From Fonticula alba ATCC 38817 (lineage: Eukaryota; Protista; Nucleariida): a stretch of 5,651 nt of DNA. This document shows positions 1-5,651 of the stretch, one piece after another. Position 1 is the stretch's first letter. Each line of letters opens with the position of its first letter. The notes beneath the pieces are model-generated. The model worked only from the letters and a program-made list of their open reading frames with translations. It ran no database searches and was not told where the DNA came from. The translations under genes were made by a program, and so were the position numbers. The stretch is from the NCBI GenBank assembly GCA_000388065.2, contig KB932206.1; one strand, given 5' to 3'.

Positions 1-52
<52 letters not shown>

Positions 53-92
53 GGGGGGGGGGTCGGGGGGGCGCCCCCCCCCCCCCCCCCCC
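1..92. repeat. Homopolymer and low-complexity tract: C44, G13, G7, C19
   Basis: Read directly from the sequence. Confidence 0.95.
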
Positions 93-1083
93 GCGCCACA
101 CGGGCCAGTCGCCACCGGGCGCTGCCCTTCTTGTCAGGACATCATATATTCGCAGCCCCTGGCAAAGGGCGCCCGCCCCCCCCCCTCCCCCCGGGGGGGA
201 GAGGGCCCCGCACCTCTCCCGACTGTTTGTTTGCCAATATATCGGTTTCCCGCGCCCAGCCTGCGGAGGCCTCGCCACACGTGCGAACACACCACGGCGC
301 GGAGCTGCCCTCCGGGCTGTGGCCCCCCTCCCCGCCCCCCGATCGAGGGGGGCAACACGAATGCTGCCCGATTACCCCGGCCGCCGGGCCGCGCACCGTC
401 CCGCCTCTTCGCGAATCCTCCCGGGATCTGATCGTGCTCGCCACCCGCAGAGCATGCAGGGCAACCGTGCTGCCCCCGCCCCCGCCCTTCCTCGGCCACC
501 TGGGGAGACTATTGGGACATCGCAACCGGCATCGACACCGGCCAGGCTGGCGGCGGCACCCAACCCTGTTCTGCCCCTGTCCGCGCTTGTCCCCGGGGCC
601 CCCCCCGCCGAGGAGGCCGCGGGCGGCGGAAACACCGCCGACGGGGGAGGCCGCGCGTGTGCCCCGGTCGCCGGAGGCCCAGGCGCCGCATGGCGTGATA
701 TCTCCTCAAATCAGCTGCAGTTGAATTGGGGCTTGTGACCACCTTGGATCGGGGATCAGGTGTGTCCGTGCGGTTGGCTGTGGGGCGGGCTCCCCCCGTC
801 CCGCGCCACGCCCCCCACGCGCACACCGCATCCTGCCCCGACGAGGGCGGGCAGCGCCTGGGCCGACGCCCCCCCTCCCCCACCGATGGAGGTGAAATCC
901 GCTAGAAGAAGAGCCACGCGATGAGGAGAAGCAGGCAGCAAGCCGAGATCCGCCCGCGGCATGCTGGCGCGCTCCTTCGCCCAAGGGTGCCTTTGGAACG
1001 GGGAAGGCACTGCGGGGCGGGAAGAAGATGCGCAAATGTGGCGCCAATGGCCCCCCAAACCCGGCGATGCCGCAGGCCCTGCC

Positions 1084-1101
1084 CTCTCTCTCTCTCTCTC
1101 T
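1084..1101. repeat. (CT)9 microsatellite
   Basis: Read directly from the sequence. Confidence 0.9.
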
Positions 1102-1340
1102 CCGCGTCCCCCTCGCCGGCTTCCGCTCATCGGTCATGCCTCCCCCCCCCCTCGCCCGTGGCCTGCGCCAGGCTCGGACGCGGTGAGGAGGTCCATTTCC
1201 TGGCGCGAACGTCGCCGACACGGCTGACACGCCCTTCGCTGGGCATGCGCTCCTCCCCTACCAGAGGGGGGCGGGCAGGGACGTCCCGTTCCCTCGGAGA
1301 AGTCCCCCGGCCTCGCCCCGAGATGGGCAGGTTGGTTGCC

Positions 1341-1341
<1 letters not shown>

Positions 1342-1371
<30 letters not shown>
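1342..1371. repeat. (AC)15 microsatellite
   Basis: Read directly from the sequence. Confidence 0.95.
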
Positions 1372-1373
<2 letters not shown>

Positions 1374-1472
1374 CCGAGCCGAGAAGGCCCTGCTCTCCCC
1401 TTGCGGGGACGCACACACAGGATGCCCCCCCGCGGGAAAGAGGAGAACACGCAACCACCACACAGACAGCCG

Positions 1473-1496
1473 CACACACACACACACACACACACA
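1473..1496. repeat. (CA)12 microsatellite
   Basis: Read directly from the sequence. Confidence 0.95.
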
Positions 1497-1532
1497 ACGG
1501 GAAAAGGGGGAATCGACCGACCGGAGCGATTT

Positions 1533-1538
1533 GTTATT
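1533..1538 (-). terminator. Candidate polyadenylation signal (AATAAC) for RPSA
   Basis: This is the only AATAA-type hexamer I found on the sense strand downstream of the stop. It is preceded by a U-rich stretch and followed 37-60 nt later by (GT)12, which could be a GU-rich downstream element. Confidence 0.3.
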
Positions 1539-1855
1539 GCAAGATGGAAGAAGAAAGAAGGTGGTGGGAGAAAGAGGAGAGATAGTGTATGTGCATTTGT
1601 GGAGAGCGCGCCCCGGGGAGGTGAAAATACGGGAGCATATGTGTGCGCCCCGCATGGGCGAACACGCGCGGCGCAGCCATCCGCCCCCCCGCCCCGCCGA
1701 GCCAGCGTGCCTCCCCTCGCCAGCAAGAGAGGAGAGGAGAACACACAGGCAGGGAGGCAAAAGGGGAGAAGAAGGGGGAGAGGACACCGGGTGGGGGAAG
1801 AGAGAGAGGGGGGGACAACCCCCCGGCCCAGTGTCCGGTCCCGCCGCTGGCCCCT

Positions 1856-1887
1856 CGTGTGTGTGTGTGTACGCGCGCGCGCGCGCA
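1856..1887. repeat. Compound (GT)n-(CG)n alternating purine/pyrimidine tract, 32 nt
   Basis: cgtgtgtgtgtgtgtacgcgcgcgcgcgcgca alternates purine and pyrimidine without interruption. Confidence 0.9.
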
Positions 1888-2104
1888 ACACCACGAACAC
1901 ACCCCCTCTCGCACATGCACGCGCGGGCCCCACCGTCACACCGACAGGGCAACGGAGGGCGGCAGTGGAAGGAAGGGGGGGGATGTGCGCACAGGCGCAT
2001 GCTCGCCCCCTCGAAGGAGCTGCTCCACAAGTCGCACACACACACCACGTCTAGCCTCCTCTCTCACGCAGCCGCGTGGTGCTTTTCGTCGTCTCGGGGG
2101 AGAT

Positions 2105-3144
2105 TTAGGCGGACCAGTTGGAGTTCTGGGCGGGGACCTCGGCAGTCCAGTCGGCGGCGCCCTCGACACCCTCGACGGCGGTCTCGTCCCAGGTCTGCTC
2201 GACGGCACCCTCGGTGGGGAAGTAGGCATCGGCAACCTTCTCGAGGGCGGCCTCGTCGGACTTCTCGGTGGTCTCCTCAGTGTCGCGGTAGAAGTACATG
2301 TCAACCATGACGTCCCACTTCTCGTCGCGGGCGAGGACGCCGCGCAGACGGAGGACCTCGCGGGCGAGCATCCAGTACAGGCAACCCAGGGACATGCGGC
2401 CCTTGTTGTTGGCGGGGATGGCAACATCGACGAAGTTCAGGGGGGAGTCGGCATCGCAGAAGGCAATGCAGGGGAGGTTCACGTAGGAAGCCTCGGTGAT
2501 GGCCTGGTGGTCGGTGATCGGGTCGGTGACGATGATCAGGCGGGGCTCCTTGAAGCCCTTGGTGATGTAGTTGGTGAAGGTACCAGGGGTGTAGCGGCCG
2601 GCGATGGCGCGGGCACCTAATATTCATCCATGGCGAGAGGGCGGGAGTGGCGCGCGCGGTCGTCGAGGGAAGGGGAGGAGGAGGGACACAGCGAGGGGAA
2701 GGGGAGCGACGTGTGAGAAGGAGGACAAAGGGCCGAGACGACCACCGGCGCCGACGAGGGGGACAGAGCAAAGGTCGAGAGGGGGACGGAGAAAGGGAAA
2801 AGAGTGCGTGTGTGTGTGTGTGCATAGGGGCGCGCGGAGGAGGGGGGAGGAGGAGACCACATACCGATCTGGGCAGCGAACTTGAGAGCAGCGCGCTGGC
2901 CGTACTGGCGAGCGGAGATGACAACGATGTCCTCGGGGTTCTCGATGGCCGCAATGATGCGGGCAGCGAAAACGAGCTTCTGCCAGGTCTGGCCGACGTT
3001 GAGGACGTTGACACCATCGTTGCGGCGGTCGAAGATGTAAGAGCTCATGGCCGCGGTGGAGTTCTTGGAGCCGTGGTGGGCCTGGCAAGCCAGGAGCATC
3101 TTAAGGTCCTCAGCAGTGGGCTGGAGGGCAAGAGGGAATGCCAT
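2105..3144 (-). CDS. RPSA: 40S ribosomal protein SA (uS2/Rps0, laminin-receptor homolog); two coding exons, 3144..2865 and 2616..2105; 263 aa
   Basis: Exon 1 translates [28 protein letters not shown]...[45 protein letters not shown]. Exon 2 continues (G)[72 protein letters not shown]...[10 protein letters not shown]...DMYFYRD..., ending in TAA at 2107-2105. These are hallmark eukaryotic uS2 motifs. Exon lengths 280+512=792 nt give 264 codons including the stop. Third positions are strongly C/G-biased. Confidence 0.97.
2617..2864 (-). other. Spliceosomal intron (phase 1, 248 nt) in the RPSA CDS
   Basis: Donor G|GTATGT at 2864 and acceptor TAG|GT at 2617. Removal restores a Gly codon and joins the two uS2-homologous segments in frame. 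The interior is pyrimidine-rich with a (CA)n tract on the sense strand. Confidence 0.95.
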
Positions 3145-3153
3145 CTTGTCGAA

Positions 3154-3227
3154 CTGTCGAAGGGGGAGGCAAGAGCAAGGGGGGGAGGGGAGAGAGGGCG
3201 AGAAAGTCAGGATGAAATTCGGGGAGC
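3154..3227 (-). other. 3' end of a 5'-UTR intron of RPSA (branch point, polypyrimidine tract and CAG acceptor)
   Basis: The sense strand reads CTGAC (3210-3206), then TTTCTCGCCCTCTCTCCCCTCCCCCCCCTTGCTCTTGCCTCCCCCTTCGACAG|TTCGACAAGATG. The acceptor is 9 nt upstream of the ATG, and there is no other AG between 3227 and the acceptor. Confidence 0.7.
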
Positions 3228-3630
3228 CTGCCCATGAATATGGAGCGAGGAGGAGGAGGAGGAGAAAGGGAGGAAGCGACGACGACGACGACACATCAGA
3301 CCCGAGCGCAGACACACGGGCACAAACGTGTGCCGGCGCGCGCGGATGCACACGACATCATCCCGGCCCCCGGGCGGCGCGCCCCGCCCCACAGGCCGGC
3401 CCCATGCGCCGGGCACGACGGATGCATCATGCATCCGATGCGCTCACGGCCTCCGCGGCCGAATGGCCACCCTGCACACGTGTGGGGTCCCCCCTCCTCT
3501 CCGCGGCCTCAACCACAGGCAGAGGGCGACACCGGGGCTTGGGCAAGTGCGATCCCACGAGAAGGGAGATAGACACAGGCACATCTGCACATACGGGCGA
3601 GCGCGCGCTGACAGAGAGGAGGAGGCCGCA

Positions 3631-3650
3631 CGCGCGCGCGCGCGCGCGCG
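3631..3650. repeat. (CG)10 microsatellite
   Basis: Read directly from the sequence; self-complementary. Confidence 0.95.
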
Positions 3651-3907
3651 CATCTGCACTCGCATACCATCACACCGTGAGGCGGGCCGTGGGGCCCCCC
3701 ACATGGAGGACAGCGGGACATGAGACAGAAGGGTGGCGCAGGGAGGAGGGGGAGGGCGCCGTGGGGCCGCGGGGCGCCGGCGCAACAGCGGGGAAGGGGG
3801 ATGACGGGGGGACATGGAGAACAGGGAGCCGAGAGGGTATGTGGAGTGCGCGGAGAGGCGAGGGGGAGGGGGAGAGAGAGAGAGAGGTGGGGGAGGAAAG
3901 GGCGCAC

Positions 3908-3960
3908 CTCTCTTAGGTTGTGATAAAAACAAACAAAACGCTAGAGAGGTTTGGGAACGA
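3908..3960 (-). promoter_or_regulatory. Putative first (non-coding) exon and transcription start region of RPSA
   Basis: An AT-richer, T-rich segment (CCTCTCTAGCGTTTTGTTTGTTTTTATCACAACCTAAGAGAG) ends in GAG|GTGCGC, a plausible donor at 3907. The pyrimidine-rich start resembles TOP/TCT-type ribosomal protein gene starts. Inferred; no transcript data. Confidence 0.4.
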
Positions 3961-4077
3961 TCAGCACCGGCTGTGGCCGACGGATCGGCCCAACTTCAGC
4001 CTACATCCGTGCGCACGCACACGCTCGCGTGTACACGCCCGGCCAGGCCCCCAGCACTTCCCATCACCCCCCCTCCG

Positions 4078-4142
<65 letters not shown>
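4078..4142. repeat. C65 homopolymer abutting the assembly gap
   Basis: Read directly from the sequence. The true length is unknown because the run ends in Ns. Confidence 0.9.
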
Positions 4143-4432
4143 NNNNNNNNNNNNNNNNNNNNNNNNNNNNNNNNNNNNNNNNNNNNNNNNNNNNNNNNNN
4201 NNNNNNNNNNNNNNNNNNNNNNNNNNNNNNNNNNNNNNNNNNNNNNNNNNNNNNNNNNNNNNNNNNNNNNNNNNNNNNNNNNNNNNNNNNNNNNNNNNNN
4301 NNNNNNNNNNNNNNNNNNNNNNNNNNNNNNNNNNNNNNNNNNNNNNNNNNNNNNNNNNNNNNNNNNNNNNNNNNNNNNNNNNNNNNNNNNNNNNNNNNNN
4401 NNNNNNNNNNNNNNNNNNNNNNNNNNNNNNNN
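4143..4432. other. Assembly gap (290 N)
   Basis: Run of N characters. Confidence 1.
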
Positions 4433-4494
4433 TACGTCCACACGCGCGCAGACTGGCCCTGCGACGAATATCGTACGGTACGCCTGGCCGGGGG

Positions 4495-5591
4495 ATGCTC
4501 CGGTGCCGGCGCAAGCGCACCGCACCCAACCCCCAAACATACGCCTCCCCCAGCAGGGCCGCATCCGACGCCGACCGAAGCGCCCTTGCCCATGGACAGC
4601 CGCCAAATGCCTCCAAGACACAGGCAGCAACCGAAAGAAGAAACCGCCACACTGCTGCAGGGACACAGTCCGGGACAACACCACTGCCCAAAACCCATGA
4701 GGCGCGGATCCACACTCCCCTGCGCAGCCTTCCCCCGACGAGGAGAGGCCATCCCCCTCCCCACCAGGGGAGGACCCGAGCAACGCCGACGAAGAGCTCC
4801 CCACCGAAGCCAGCAGGTCCCGACTCACCTCGAGGCACCAGCCCCCGGCCCTGGAAAAGCAGGCTCCAAAACCGCCCGGCAGCGCCGGCGACGAGGAAGC
4901 CGGGGAGCTCCATGGCCCGTGTAGGTCGGACAAGGTAAGACGAGAGAGGGGAGAAACATGGAGCCAGCCGGACTGACGCCCACGCCCCTCCACCCAACGA
5001 GAGACAGCCGGGGGGGGGGGCGGGGGGGCCGGGAGGGGCGCAACACACAAGATACAGGGGCATCGACGCTCCCGCGCCGGGAGGGGGAGACATTTTTCCT
5101 CCAAGTTTTTCGCCCCACCACAGGCTCCCCGCCAATCACACCCGGGAGGACAAGGCCAAAAGTGCCGGGGAGAAGAGTCGAAAATCGGGGTATTATGGAA
5201 ATGAAAATCAGGATATATTATAGCCTTATTAAATGTCGAAGCAAGATGCCGGGCGAGGCGTGACATGAGTCACATGTTAAAACAACAGACTGCCCCGGCT
5301 CAACATCCGTCGTTGTCTGATCCGATCCCCCCTCCGCAGCCGAGACACGCCAGACGCGCGCACGTTTGCAAAGAAAGATGCCTGTGGATCGGTCAACCCG
5401 GCGAAGCACGGCCTGACAACAGATGGCACATGCGAGCGATCCCTCTCGTTCGTGGGGGGGAATGCCCTGAGCCGCGTCCATCACCACTCCCCCCCCTCCC
5501 CGGCCCCATGCCCCGCGCGCATGTCCTCCTCCTCTGTGCGGTTCATACTGCCTCGGTGGCAGAGGCGAGAGGGACCATCAGACCCGGGTGA
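4495..5591 (+). other. Possible low-complexity protein-coding gene divergent from RPSA (unverified; needs one frameshift at about 4701 and an intron at 4935-5339)
   Basis: 4701-4934 is a 78-codon open stretch (GADPHSPAQPSPDEERPSPSPPGEDPSNADEELPTEAS...CRSDK) with about 78% GC3 that ends at AAG|GTAAGA. A CTGAT...CCCCCCTCCGCAG acceptor at 5339 is phase-compatible with the frame that stays open to TGA at 5591. No recognisable domain. Confidence 0.2.
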
Positions 5592-5617
5592 TAGCCCCCT
5601 TGATCCGTGCCACTCAC

Positions 5618-5651
5618 GGGCGGCCTCGTCGGACTTCTCGGTGGTCTCCTC
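5618..5651 (-). repeat. Exact 34-nt duplicate of RPSA exon-2 sequence (2245-2278), running off the window end
   Basis: gggcggcctcgtcggacttctcggtggtctcctc occurs at both 2245-2278 and 5618-5651 in the same orientation. It encodes [11 protein letters not shown] plus one base. Confidence 0.95.

Noticed and set aside
918-925. Exact PAC motif GCGATGAG (yeast ribosome-biogenesis regulon)
   Set aside because: A single 8-mer is plausible by chance in 5.6 kb of GC-rich DNA on two strands, and it lies downstream of RPSA rather than in its promoter.
131-1230. Several 60-200 aa ORFs on both strands (131..724, 706..1230, 509..883 and others)
   Set aside because: Pro/Arg/Gly/Ala-rich products expected from stop-codon scarcity at high GC; no motif or codon bias recognised.
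1183-1264. Plus-strand intron-like signals GTGAGG...CTGAC...CCCCTACCAG
   Set aside because: No coding or other exon evidence on either side; such motifs arise by chance.
1295-1320. GAGAAGTCCCCCGG resembling RNase MRP CR-I (GAAAGUCCCC)
   Set aside because: No downstream CR-V partner (GGGGCU[C/U]A) to form helix P4; the sequence runs into CA repeats.
2105-2482. Track ORF MNLPCIAF... as a separate gene
   Set aside because: It is the 3' part of RPSA exon 2; its start is an internal GTG (Val) codon.
1643-2620. 325-aa plus-strand ORF overlapping RPSA exon 2
   Set aside because: Antisense shadow of a CDS with strong C/G third-position bias, extended by microsatellite DNA; no independent coding signal.
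3296-3362. Degenerate box C (ATGATGT) and box D (CTGA) in the RPSA leader intron, as a possible intronic snoRNA
   Set aside because: Box C is imperfect, there is no terminal stem and I recognise no rRNA-complementary guide. A snoscan or Rfam search would settle it.
5140-5180. Minus-strand CTTCTCCCCGGCACTTTTGGC resembling the U2 snRNA 5' end
   Set aside because: Gapped match only; the invariant branch-recognition sequence GTGTAGTA and an Sm site are absent.
3814-5266. Long ORFs of 250-400 aa spanning the gap
   Set aside because: They read through poly-C and 290 Ns, which cannot contain stops.
3294-5586. 11-mer CATCAGACCCG present twice (about 3294 and about 5576)
   Set aside because: Within chance expectation for 11-mers; no shared flanking context.

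Overview
Very GC-rich eukaryotic genomic DNA from a draft assembly, with poly-C ends and a 290-nt N gap at 4143-4432. The one solid gene is the 40S ribosomal protein SA (RPSA/Rps0/uS2) on the minus strand: join(3144..2865, 2616..2105), 263 aa, with one 248-nt GT-AG intron. Splice signals suggest an intron-containing 5' UTR reaching about 3908-3960, possibly with a 13-nt micro-exon. The last 34 nt of the window are an exact second copy of RPSA exon-2 sequence, and the match stops exactly at a GTGAGT splice-donor motif. Flanks are rich in microsatellites and homopolymers. Nearly all ORFs in the supplied track are artefacts of high GC or antisense shadows. A fungal-type FTNYIT motif in uS2 hints at a fungal or holomycotan host such as a Fonticula-like protist (inference only). 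I found no convincing new multi-gene system; the best leads concern RPSA duplication and splicing architecture.
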